DNA of 63,898 nt, filler included, from Reclinomonas americana ATCC 50394 (lineage: Eukaryota): assembly GCA_048213135.1 (NCBI GenBank). It is 5 parts of 3 records of this genome, joined end to end, with 100 filler letters (N's around TTAATTAATTAA, not from the genome) between each part and the next. Parts side by side here need not be neighbours in the genome. Positions count along the whole stretch, not along the records: positions 1 to 25,941 come from PS015357.1; 4 more parts are not named here. One strand, given 5' to 3'. Positions within the stretch are counted from its first letter, which is position 1; each line of letters starts with the position of its first letter. Shown piece after piece: positions 8,978 to 18,582 of this stretch. A program made the position numbers and the translations under genes. Under the pieces are notes generated by a model. It searched no databases and was not told the origin of the DNA. It saw nothing but the letters and a program-made list of their open reading frames with translations.

Positions 8978-9834
8978 CAGAGTGCTTCAACGCTCAGCCC
9001 ATAAGATGGAAAGGCATCGTCAATGCAGCATTGCCCATACTTGATACGGAGGTACCCCATTTCTCCCCACTTTGCGCTCCAGCTGTTTTTCACGATCCAG
9101 CAGCCGTCTGTGTCATCGTAGCCGACGACGCAGACTGCATGATGGCCGACCAATTGCCCCTGAACGTGCTCGTAGATGCCCGACTTGTAGACGCGGAGAT
9201 CCTCAAACACCTGCATCTGAGCTATGATCGGCCCGTCCTCGTAGATCGCCTGCTTTCGCTGCGATTGAGAAACCAAATGATGCCAACTCTGGACGCGGTA
9301 GGCGGGCGGGATCGCTCTATGCAAGGTCATCCGCGGATCGTAAGGAAGATCTTTCTCCCACCCGACTCCATTCGCCTGAGCCCGGCGTAGGGCATCTTCG
9401 ACCAGCATACCCGATTGGCAAGTTGCTGCGCTGCCGAAGAACAGGTCGGCTTCGGAAAGGTCGATGTCTTTCAGAGCCTCGTCTGCGATCCGGGCCGCGG
9501 CCTCCATGGCGCCCAGCACGGCAAAGGACACGCAGCTTCCGCAAGGGCCCTGGTTGCGAACATCCGTGACCCGGCAGGCGCCATCGACATTCCGCCAATC
9601 GTGAGCGGGAGGCAAATTCGAAGCCGGCAGTCCCCATGCCCGTGTGCTGGCGGCTGCGATATCGGCCAGATTTCCGCTGCTGGGAGTGCTGCCGAGCATC
9701 GCTGCGAACACGGAGTCGGGCAGCTGTGACAGCTCATTCTCCTCCGCCTGCCAGGCAGCCTTGCGTGACTGGATGCTTTGCTCGACGGACTTCAGGTCAA
9801 TCATGTAGATCTCCGGAGAGGTGAACTCGGCCAA
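8977..9834 (-). CDS. Papain-family (C1) cysteine peptidase
   Basis: DWRN, NQGPCGSCVSF (catalytic Cys), GHHAVCVVGY (His), KNSWSAKWGEMGY (Asn); no signal peptide; start may be the ATG at 9804. Confidence 0.92.
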   Translation of the reverse strand: MAEFTSPEIYMIDLKSVEQSIQSRKAAWQAEENELSQLPDSVFAAMLGSTPSSGNLADIAAASTRAWGLPASNLPPAHDWRNVDGACRVTDVRNQGPCGSCVSFAVLGAMEAAARIADEALKDIDLSEADLFFGSAATCQSGMLVEDALRRAQANGVGWEKDLPYDPRMTLHRAIPPAYRVQSWHHLVSQSQRKQAIYEDGPIIAQMQVFEDLRVYKSGIYEHVQGQLVGHHAVCVVGYDDTDGCWIVKNSWSAKWGEMGYLRIKYGQCCIDDAFPSYGLSVEAL

Positions 9835-10043
9835 TCTGGTCCGTCAGCAATGGGTTTGGTTAGGAATAAACCGTTGTGGCTGGAACGGAAGGCTTGAGAG
9901 TGCGAGGGGCCGCGAGCCCTGGTTTGTCGCTTCCAGCCGCGGTAGTCGATCTTCGACACCGGCGCGTCGAGATAATTGTAATGTCGCGCTGCCAGGGCTG
10001 CGGCAGACTGCGCGGACTCGCCCCGGCGACGCGTCGGAGCCGA

Positions 10044-13001
10044 TTATTTCCGATTGGCGCCCTCGACCCATTTGAGGCCCAAGCCCTTCAGCATCGTCCC
10101 AATTGAGTGAACGCTATAGTCGGCGCCGAAATTCTCCGAAATGTAATTGACGACGTCGGTCTGGTTATACGTTCCCGCTCCGCTAGCGTTCGCCATGATC
10201 AGCGTTTGCGCAAAATCGTGAACGGACCGGCGCTGTCCAGGGTTTAGGACAGCCTTGTTAGCATACAATCTAAGTCCATCGATGCCATCACGATTGAAGT
10301 CATTGATCAGAAGTTTCACAGCTTTGCGCGTGGTCTTCATTCCGTTCAAAACATCATTCAGCGGGATTCCTTGAATCAACTGCGCCGCGATGTCAAAGCG
10401 CTTGCGTTCCAGAGAGCGGGCGGTTTTGTATTTGGATAGCGTATCGGCTGGTATGTCCGTTCGTATCTGAGGGAAAACTTTGTTATATGAATCTCTTACG
10501 ATCACCCCGCTGGCCGATTTCCATCTAAATCCCGCTTCGGTGAGCATGATCCTTAGTTTTCCCTGACCGACTCTGTGACCACAGACGCTTTTCGCGAACG
10601 CCTGAAGATCATCGATCCGCCATCCTCCCTTTTTGGATGAGACGTCATCCACCATCTCACGGGCGCGTCGAACGATCGCGGCTCGCTGCTCAGCAGTGAT
10701 GACGGCGACCTCTCTCGGCGGGCGCTCTGCCGCGACCAGTGCAGCCAAGCCACCTCGCCGATAGCGGAGCGAAAAGATGTATAGACTGTTCGCCGCAACG
10801 CCGTACCTATGCGCAGCTTCGTCGAGAGGTGCGCCATCGATAAGGTCGGCGACGGCCAGAAGCCGACGTTTCTCGCGGGCTTGACGACTGGCGGCTGCCT
10901 GCCTGCGGAGTGGCTCCGCATCAGCCGACGGTCCGAACCGAATGACCTTGGCATTCAGGATGCGCAAAATCTCTTCGCGATCGGACTCGGCGAATGGGCG
11001 GTTTAGCAAGGTAATGCCAGGATCACGCTCGCCATCGATTGCCAGGCCTCGGGGCCCGAGCTTCTCATTCAGTTCCCCTCTTTTGGCGAATAGAGGGGCA
11101 TAGCCGATCTCGATGAGCTCTACGCCGATGTCGGTCAGCAGTCCCTTCAACGTGCGGGTCACCATACCCAGCTTCGTGGCAAGAAATTTGACGAAGACGT
11201 ACTCGGAGTGAAATCGGTCGATATCACCACGTTGGATGATATATTTTCGCGAATACCTGACGTCCGGGTCGTCCGGCCGCTCTTGTGCGCTAATAATCCC
11301 TGCTCTGACCAGCTCGCGCAGATGCTCAAACGATATCCGTAATTCAATAGCGACGGCCTCCGCGCCGATTTCGGAATAGGGAGTAGCGCTAGCGAGGTTG
11401 TCTATGAGCTCCTTCGCGTCCTCGTAATCGATAACCAAGCGCGCTCCGATGCTGGTGGCATCTGGCACCAAGGCTCTCAGCCGGATAGAGCCCGCTTGGA
11501 TGCCGGAAAATATATCGGCCAGCGATGTGAGGCGCCGCCGTCCCGCTATCGAAAGAGCGTCGCACAACCTGATCGACTTCCGGTCAGGGTCTGGGGCGAG
11601 ACGCGCCTCCAGGTCACGCTTGGTGGCATCCCAGGCACTTTGCCTCCAGGCGAGTTCTTCAATGCCGGCCAACCGGCGTGCGACGTCTGTGGCTGCAACG
11701 AGAAAGTCACCCTGCTCCAACGCCTCGATTGTCGCATCGCTGACCCTCTCCTGGCTTTTGAGCGAGGTGACCGTCAGCAGGTCGCGAGACTCGTCGATGA
11801 CCTGAAGGGCGAGCTCCTTGTTGACGAGCGACAGTTCGCCCGTTCCACCGCCACCAGCCACGACAATCCCAGGGTGATCAATGATCCTCTTGAAGCGATC
11901 ATAGGCTGTTTTTCGCAGTTTCAGCACGGTCTGGAGACTGCAGATGCGTGTAGACCAACGCTGGATGACGGCGAGTGGGTATCTTGCGACCTCCTCGTCC
12001 GGGACGGCATCGAGATGCCTGCGCAGCAGCGACTGGAAATAAGCGGCGCGGGTTTCCCCGACGCGCCAAGGCTCGATCAGGTCGGCCAGCGGTCCGAGCA
12101 TTTCCCGTGTCTTGTCCGAGTACGTCGACGTGACCGGCCGTGATCGCATTTCCTCGACCAGCTGAAAGAACCCGTTTGGCCAGTCCAGGAGCGTGCTCAT
12201 TCCCGAAGACAGAAACTCCGGCGTCCATGACTCTCGTTTGCGGTGGGATAGCTCTCGGCGCAACGAGTCGGTTCCCGCGGATTCCATCGACACTGCGCCA
12301 AAGAGCGCCGCAAGGCTGATGATCTCACCAGGGCCAAAACGTGCCAGGTCCGGCGCGAAACACTGGATCGCCCGCTCGCGTGTCGAGGGATCTGCATCGA
12401 CCAGGGCAGCGGCTAGCTTAATGTTGGCCAGCACGGTCTCGTCGCGGACAACAGCATCTGCTTTGGCATCGCGCAGGTCGATCTGGCATTCGGCGCAATG
12501 CACGATCGATGGATAACTCCAACCGAGCGTCGCTTTGCAGTTCGGGCATTCGGTCAGGAGGACCTCTCCCGTCTCGGCCGAGGCGTTGATCGCAACGATG
12601 TCCCACTCGGCACGATGGATAGGCGATATACGCAATGCAGCGGGAGAAACGGCTCGAACGTGCGACGTCAGCAGCCTCGTGCGAAACGGGAGGCCTCTGA
12701 AGTTGCAAAACTCGCGCTCGCCATCGCCGGGCAAGCTCGTGTATGCGCGTCTCGCTATTTCCGCGCGCGGCAGCCCGCACAGATCAGCGAGCGCGGTCAT
12801 CGCGTCATCTTGATCCTTGGCTCCGGGCGCTAATAGTTTTGCTGCTCCAGTAGCCTTCAGGACCACATGTTCGGCGACCCCATTGGCCGCCGCGAAGCGT
12901 GCCAGCAGCCCGCGTAAGCTCTCGCTGGGATGTGGTGCTACGCGGTCCGGCGCTGTCGTGGCGCTGATCTCGAAGCAGAAATCCGGCCGATCATTCGACA
13001 T
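10044..13001 (-). CDS. tniQ: TniQ/TnsD-family target selector, ~985 aa, with several HTHs and two C-terminal IS630-like HTH modules
   Basis: PHPSESLRGLLARFAAANG and CPNC...CAEC TniQ motifs; ATG at 13001 just after the tnsC stop. Confidence 0.85.
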   Translation of the reverse strand: MSNDRPDFCFEISATTAPDRVAPHPSESLRGLLARFAAANGVAEHVVLKATGAAKLLAPGAKDQDDAMTALADLCGLPRAEIARRAYTSLPGDGEREFCNFRGLPFRTRLLTSHVRAVSPAALRISPIHRAEWDIVAINASAETGEVLLTECPNCKATLGWSYPSIVHCAECQIDLRDAKADAVVRDETVLANIKLAAALVDADPSTRERAIQCFAPDLARFGPGEIISLAALFGAVSMESAGTDSLRRELSHRKRESWTPEFLSSGMSTLLDWPNGFFQLVEEMRSRPVTSTYSDKTREMLGPLADLIEPWRVGETRAAYFQSLLRRHLDAVPDEEVARYPLAVIQRWSTRICSLQTVLKLRKTAYDRFKRIIDHPGIVVAGGGGTGELSLVNKELALQVIDESRDLLTVTSLKSQERVSDATIEALEQGDFLVAATDVARRLAGIEELAWRQSAWDATKRDLEARLAPDPDRKSIRLCDALSIAGRRRLTSLADIFSGIQAGSIRLRALVPDATSIGARLVIDYEDAKELIDNLASATPYSEIGAEAVAIELRISFEHLRELVRAGIISAQERPDDPDVRYSRKYIIQRGDIDRFHSEYVFVKFLATKLGMVTRTLKGLLTDIGVELIEIGYAPLFAKRGELNEKLGPRGLAIDGERDPGITLLNRPFAESDREEILRILNAKVIRFGPSADAEPLRRQAAASRQAREKRRLLAVADLIDGAPLDEAAHRYGVAANSLYIFSLRYRRGGLAALVAAERPPREVAVITAEQRAAIVRRAREMVDDVSSKKGGWRIDDLQAFAKSVCGHRVGQGKLRIMLTEAGFRWKSASGVIVRDSYNKVFPQIRTDIPADTLSKYKTARSLERKRFDIAAQLIQGIPLNDVLNGMKTTRKAVKLLINDFNRDGIDGLRLYANKAVLNPGQRRSVHDFAQTLIMANASGAGTYNQTDVVNYISENFGADYSVHSIGTMLKGLGLKWVEGANRK

Positions 13002-13003
13002 CG

Positions 13004-13996
13004 TCAGTCCAGTATTTCTTCCCAAGGGCCCTTCCAGACTTGCTGCGGCAGGAGCGGCCTGTCCGAGGTGAAGGGATTCAGCGCCACGGCATTCGAGAAC
13101 TTCCATAGGCGGTCGAATGCAGAGGCCAGGATCGCGTTGTCGATGACGTTGCTGCCCTGCATGATGGCATCTGTCGCGGCGATCTGCAGGAGTTTTGCCG
13201 TGGCGCCGGGGTAGCCCAGCGAAGCAGCATGGATTCGAGCCGCAACATCAGGCTTGGCAAAATTGCTTCGCGAAAAATCTGCGACCGTCACGAACTGGTG
13301 GTCGAAATTGGCCAGGTACGCCCTGTAGAGCTCCCAGTCTTTCTTCTGTTGCGGGTTGCGTTGGTAAGGCTCGACTTCCCAGTGGAAGTCATTGCGGCCG
13401 ATCAGATGCCCGTTCTTCGCAAAGACCGAGCGTGCGCGCGTCGTGCCGACCAGGAGGACGGCGCATATTCCGCGGCAATTGTTGATCAGATTCTGGATCC
13501 AGTCCGAAACGTTCTTGGATACCTTCCCTCGGTCCTTCTCGACCAGACGCTGAAGCTCGTCAAAAATGATGAGGGTTGTGCCGCGCCGGCGAAGGGTCGC
13601 CACGAGCTCGACTCTTTTGAAATCACCGTCCCCCTTTTCGGGGTTGAGATGATTGAGGGCCGTCAAGGCGGCGCGACCCAACGTTTTGGTCGTGGCGCCT
13701 GACGGAACCTCCACATAGACCACTGGCACGCGATCGGCCGCCCCCTCTCTGATGGGTGGATGCTTCGACATGAAAGTGTCGATGATCGTCGTCTTTCCGC
13801 CACGGGTCGGCGCGGTCAGCGACGCCGATGCGGACTCGCCTCCTCCCAGGGCCGTGTCTTTGAACAACTGGATCTTCTTCACCAGATCAATTGTCCGATC
13901 GTTCTCAATCCGAATGCCTTTTATCGCATTGATGCGAGATGCGTGGCGATCGGACAGCTCCATATGATTGGAGCTCATTAAAACCGTCTGCAGCAT
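13004..13996 (-). CDS. tnsC: TnsC/TniB AAA+ ATPase
   Basis: Walker A APTRGGKTT, PVVYVEVP, Walker B LIIFDELQRL, VLLVGT; between tnsB and tniQ. Confidence 0.9.
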   Translation of the reverse strand: MLQTVLMSSNHMELSDRHASRINAIKGIRIENDRTIDLVKKIQLFKDTALGGGESASASLTAPTRGGKTTIIDTFMSKHPPIREGAADRVPVVYVEVPSGATTKTLGRAALTALNHLNPEKGDGDFKRVELVATLRRRGTTLIIFDELQRLVEKDRGKVSKNVSDWIQNLINNCRGICAVLLVGTTRARSVFAKNGHLIGRNDFHWEVEPYQRNPQQKKDWELYRAYLANFDHQFVTVADFSRSNFAKPDVAARIHAASLGYPGATAKLLQIAATDAIMQGSNVIDNAILASAFDRLWKFSNAVALNPFTSDRPLLPQQVWKGPWEEILD

Positions 13997-13998
13997 AC

Positions 13999-16164
13999 TT
14001 AAGCCTTGTGAATCGTATTGAATGAATATTTTGCCAAGAGCGCGTCGGTATCGTCTTCGTCTTCGAATTCCGACGAGGGCTCCGTGGGGTTCGATTTGGG
14101 TGCTGCCGATGTGATGGCAGGGAGCGGCGCCGTGCTTGCTACCCCTTGCGTCGAAGCATCGCCCTCACGCGTTTCTTCGTCGTCGAGCTTTTGGGATGAA
14201 GCGACCTGCATCGGCACGGTGCCCACGGAAATTGGCCGGGTCGTTGAGCCATTGTCGCTTTGAACCACGGCGATGGTTGTGGATTTCTGCGATCCAATAC
14301 CTTGAAAGCGGGCATCAGCCGCCTTTCCGCGGCCTTCGCGGATGGCTTGTGCGGTTTCCTCGATCAATTCGGCTCGGGTGATCATCAGATCGCGGAAATC
14401 TTTGGGGTTCCGCTCTCTGCGGCGATTTTCGTCGCGAATAAGCCCGTGCTGCCAAAGCGAAAGCCCCTTGGCATAATCGAATTCGTCGCAGCGCATCGGC
14501 CCCAGATACTGGCCAGTCTGTGGCTCTCGTACGTAGATGCAGCCGAGATCCGTGGGGTCGAAGCGCACGTCGACATCAACGCGAGGGGCGCGAGCAGAGG
14601 CCAGGATCGTCCGAACGACGTTGTCGTTTCGATATGTCAGGCCTTTAAATCTGATGCCTTCACGGGAGATGGACCGGCTGGCGTATCGCGATAGCGAATG
14701 GGCGAGATCTCCCATCCGCGCCGGCAGTTCCACACGATGGCGCTGCGTTCCCTCGATCCAGCGCTTTTCCGGTGTGGTTCCCATAGAACGATTGCGGGAA
14801 CGCGCGTAATCCTTCACCAACCACCGTAAGAACATGCTCTCGAAGGTGAGAAACGAGATGCACATTTCCTGTTGAGGGTTCAGTTCGAGAGCCTTCAACT
14901 TCCGTGCATCGCCAAAGGTGGTTCCCGGTAGCCGGTGGATAAAACGCGTGTTCATCGTGCCGAAGAAGCGCTCGATGATACCCTTGTAGTGAGGCGTTCG
15001 GACGGGCGATGTCTCCAGTTCGATGCCGAGTTCCGCGCACGCGTTCGGCAAGGAATAGCCGACCATTTCTTTGCCGTTGTCGGCGATCAGCTTGAACGGC
15101 ACGCCCATGGCGAGCCAATCGTCTGCAACGCCTGCCTTTCTGCGGGCGAGATCGAGCTTCGGCGCAATGGCCTGCCGCAGGCACATCATCACCGAATAGA
15201 CGCTCGGCGGTTCGAAGCCGATGTAATAGCCGAGCGGATAGCGCGAATAGGCATCCAGGGCTATCGTGAGCCAAGGGCGCCCACCGCAGGGCAAGCCAGT
15301 CGCGTCGTCGAAAAAGAGCCAGCTGTCGATCTTGGTGTGATCGATGATGATTGCTTCCAGTGGAGCATCATGCTGCGGGGCGGCTTTCAGCGGGCGCAAA
15401 AGCCTATCGGCTTGCCGTCCGAGCCGAAGCCGCATCGTCCGATAATAGTCGCTGTCACGAACACGCCGAAAAACCGTGGCCTGGCTGGGCTCCGGCAATT
15501 CCTGCCCGGCTGGCGCCGGCTCGCCGCTGCAATCGTCAAGGAGCCCGGCGTTCCGCTTGGCGATCTGGCCAATGACGTGTTCGTAGACGGCGCTTGGCGG
15601 CAGGTTGCCTCGATTCTGATACACAGATGCGATGCTTTCGCTGATGATCAGCTCGACATCAGCATCGATCCCCTTTTTGCGCCCCTTCTTGTCATGGAAG
15701 GAGCGCATTGCCCGTAAATTGCGCCGGCCGGAAACCCCTCGGGTCCTCAGCCACCGGCAGAGGGTTCTCCAATCGGGCTTGTGGGTGTGGCCTTCTCGGG
15801 CGGCGACAGCATCGATGAGTGCGGACAAATCCTGCTCATTCTTCCGCGGCCGCGGGTCAGCTTGATCAAATGCGACGCAATAGCAGTGACGCCAAAGTGC
15901 CTCCTGCGGAAACTTCGCCGGGAGAGCATCGAGCGCGCGTTCCGCCGCGACCCGGTATTTTTCAGGCAAGCGCGACCAGGATGGCACCGCAATGCGATCG
16001 GCGAGGTAGAGCTCGATGAACCCGTTCTCGTCGAGCACACGGCGACGCCCATTCTCTTCATCGTCGAAGGCCATCCGGCCGTCTTGGAGCAGCCGGGCGA
16101 ATTGAAATGCCCGCTGGTCGATCATGACGGTCGTGTCGACCTTGAGCCTCAGGTTCGCGTTCAA
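13999..16164 (-). CDS. tnsB: TnsB DDE transposase with Mu-like C-terminal domain
   Basis: IDHTKID, RPWLTIALDAYSR, ADNGKEM, KGIIERFFGT, VRFDPTDLGCIYV. Confidence 0.93.
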   Translation of the reverse strand: MNANLRLKVDTTVMIDQRAFQFARLLQDGRMAFDDEENGRRRVLDENGFIELYLADRIAVPSWSRLPEKYRVAAERALDALPAKFPQEALWRHCYCVAFDQADPRPRKNEQDLSALIDAVAAREGHTHKPDWRTLCRWLRTRGVSGRRNLRAMRSFHDKKGRKKGIDADVELIISESIASVYQNRGNLPPSAVYEHVIGQIAKRNAGLLDDCSGEPAPAGQELPEPSQATVFRRVRDSDYYRTMRLRLGRQADRLLRPLKAAPQHDAPLEAIIIDHTKIDSWLFFDDATGLPCGGRPWLTIALDAYSRYPLGYYIGFEPPSVYSVMMCLRQAIAPKLDLARRKAGVADDWLAMGVPFKLIADNGKEMVGYSLPNACAELGIELETSPVRTPHYKGIIERFFGTMNTRFIHRLPGTTFGDARKLKALELNPQQEMCISFLTFESMFLRWLVKDYARSRNRSMGTTPEKRWIEGTQRHRVELPARMGDLAHSLSRYASRSISREGIRFKGLTYRNDNVVRTILASARAPRVDVDVRFDPTDLGCIYVREPQTGQYLGPMRCDEFDYAKGLSLWQHGLIRDENRRRERNPKDFRDLMITRAELIEETAQAIREGRGKAADARFQGIGSQKSTTIAVVQSDNGSTTRPISVGTVPMQVASSQKLDDEETREGDASTQGVASTAPLPAITSAAPKSNPTEPSSEFEDEDDTDALLAKYSFNTIHKA

Positions 16165-16177
16165 GGTATTGCCCCCC

Positions 16178-16945
16178 TCAAGCCGCTTCTTGGACTGATG
16201 GCATTGCGCTCAGCCGTGTCTCGTAACCGGCCTTGAGCCGAACTCTCGTCTGGCCGTTCACGGGCCTGGAAAGGTCCACCGAGATGATCCTGCGGGCGAT
16301 CAGAGCGAGGACGCGATCTTCCGCCCGTTCCTGCCCGACGAGCACCCGAGCGCAGTCGTGCATGGTCGACTCTGAACGTGCCTCGAGGTGCTGGATGAGC
16401 GCCGCGAGCTCAAACGGGCCTGGGCAAAGCCGGCGCGTCTTCTCGACCATTCGAGCATTGTTGTGCCAGACCGGGAACATGCGAAAGCGCATGTCGGAAA
16501 CGATCTGAAAGTTGATTCCAACGGAACGATAGAGGTGCCGCGCATGGTGGATCTTCGCGCGGTACAAAGGATCGAGCTTGCGCAAATCGTCCCGGTATTT
16601 GCATTCGACGATGCGCGTTACGCCGTCCTCCTGCTCCACCTCAAAGTCGGGAGTGTATCGGACCTTTCGGCCACCGAGCCTGAAGGACAGCGTGTGCGGC
16701 TGCTCTCTGTAGCTCACGACAGATTCGTCCACTTCGAACCATCGGATTGCCTTCCGCTCAAGCCGCGATTCCCAAGCGATCATCCGTCTGGATTTGACGC
16801 TAGGGACCAATCCGACGGGCATGTGTCGTCGGCCATTGAAGATCTTACGAACCGGAGAGCCGTCGTCTCGTTGTTCGATCACCGCGTCTGCCTGTGAAAG
16901 CAGATCGTCGAGGCGCTGTTTGGCATCCCTGTCATTCACAAGCAT
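16178..16945 (-). CDS. tnsA: TnsA endonuclease
   Basis: WESRLER, YREQP, RYTPDFEV and IVECKY (PD-(D/E)xK); first gene of the tns operon. Confidence 0.9.
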   Translation of the reverse strand: MLVNDRDAKQRLDDLLSQADAVIEQRDDGSPVRKIFNGRRHMPVGLVPSVKSRRMIAWESRLERKAIRWFEVDESVVSYREQPHTLSFRLGGRKVRYTPDFEVEQEDGVTRIVECKYRDDLRKLDPLYRAKIHHARHLYRSVGINFQIVSDMRFRMFPVWHNNARMVEKTRRLCPGPFELAALIQHLEARSESTMHDCARVLVGQERAEDRVLALIARRIISVDLSRPVNGQTRVRLKAGYETRLSAMPSVQEAA

Positions 16946-17724
16946 GGAACCTATTCGCCGATGCCTCCCAGATCCTGGGCTGGCAAGGAAAGCCGAAGTT
17001 GATTTCTTGGATCAGCGGAAATCATGCGCGGATGGCGAAGACAAAACTGTCTAAGGACTGTGGTTTCGGCTTCTGTCGATCCCCGCTAAAGTCAAACAGG
17101 TGGGGTCAGATCGCAAAATTGCATGGCCCTGCTGCGAGCGAGGAATTGAAATTGAAGCACGATTGTCACGTTCCTGCGCGATTATTTGGTGACGACCTAC
17201 CATCGCCATTCTGCCCAGAATGTTAATGAGGCCCCTCTGCGCGCCGCTTCCTTGGCGAGAAGCGTAGGTATCGTTTCTCAATCCTTATGCGCTGGCATAT
17301 CGCCCAAGGATTTCGCTATGATTCCTTGAAGAGCGAGGCAGGCCGGCCGGACAACGAGACAAGGGGCGCATTAGGTCGCCATGCTGTGTGAGCTCAGACG
17401 CAGGGACTGTCGACAAGCAGCAAACTTTGCGATCCTTATCTGATGAAGGACTGTTCGACCGGACGGACGGAAGCGAGTTGGTCAGAAGCGCACGAACTTG
17501 AAGATGAGAGGACCTGGCGCCGCTGGATGCCGCTTGCAACGGCAAATCGTGATGTGTGAATGAAGGGTATCGGCTTGAACAGCGCGGCTGCGCAGGAGAA
17601 TGCAGTGGCGAGCCTTGAAGCTCCGCCGAGCTTGGCGGAACCCTGGTATTATAGCAGTGCTATCAAAATATTTCACCTGGAAAATTCGGAGCCTGCTCCT
17701 TTGGCGGGAATCGCGCTTCTTCCC

Positions 17725-18012
17725 ATGCGCCGCGAAACCCTGATCGCGGGGTACCTATGCCAAGCCGCACGGTCGTTGCTGAACGTGTCCCAGGCTTGGC
17801 TTTGGGAGCAAGCGAAGGTTTCCAGGAAAACCATCAACGACTTCGAGAACGGGTTTTCTCAGCCCAAGCCGGCCTTGGTTGCGCGCATTCGACAGGCGCT
17901 TGAAGAAGAAGGCGCCCGATTTGTCTCGGGCGATCGGGTGGTCGGCGTTGTCGTCTATTCGTCGCCGCTTACTGCAGCTCAAAGGTCGCGGTCAGAAAAG
18001 CTGCGGAGCTGA
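17725..18012 (+). CDS. XRE-family transcriptional regulator
   Basis: CQAARSLLNVSQAWLWEQAKVSRKTINDFENG...IRQALEEEGARF; divergent from tnsA; start uncertain. Confidence 0.8.
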   Translation: MRRETLIAGYLCQAARSLLNVSQAWLWEQAKVSRKTINDFENGFSQPKPALVARIRQALEEEGARFVSGDRVVGVVVYSSPLTAAQRSRSEKLRS

Positions 18013-18582
18013 TGGTCGTGTCGTTAACCATATTTATTTAAAATTCTAACGATATTTTCATATCACTGATATATTGATTGTCGGGCGGATGGTCTCGACG
18101 GCTCCCGGGGTCAACCGATTTCTCCGGCAGCGCTCTGCCAAGCCACCTCCCATACCGACTGCTCCTCGACATCTCTGGCGATCCGGCTCTTGCCGGCCAT
18201 GTTGCTCATCGTGATGTGGCCGGTCGGTGGCTTCATCAGTCCAGCAACGGAGTCTCTTATGAGAGCACAACGGCGCTTCAAGCTGGCCTATCCGCGTTCT
18301 CTGGCCTCCACGGCCCTTCGACGCCTTGATAGAACCTCCGGTCGAAAAACGGCCCGCCGTCTGGCCCCAAGGACACCAGTCACCGCTTGGCATGAGACCG
18401 AGGACCTGGACGTCCTGCTTGATGACGATTTCGATGAACTCCTCTGGGACCCGAGAATTCTCCTGCAGCTTGCCAATCAAAATTGAAGGGATGATCGGCG
18501 CGCTCAAGGCCCGCCTCGAAACTCGATCAGCATCCAGCGGCTTCAGATTTCTCGTTCTATGTCGACACAAGAAGGAGCCAAT

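Noticed and set aside
10044..10930. An IS630 element inserted at the end of tniQ
   Set aside because: No DDE domain, inverted repeats or TA duplication is evident. Two diverged in-frame copies fit a domain fusion better.
18078..18100. TGTCGGGCGGA after an AT-rich tract resembles the Tn7 terminus
   Set aside because: It lacks the TCTCA...GAGTC motif, points in the wrong orientation to close the tns operon and has no matching TSD.
18190..18560. Small acidic ORF apparently frameshifted at the A-run near 18480
   Set aside because: No recognisable family or clear start; too weak to call.
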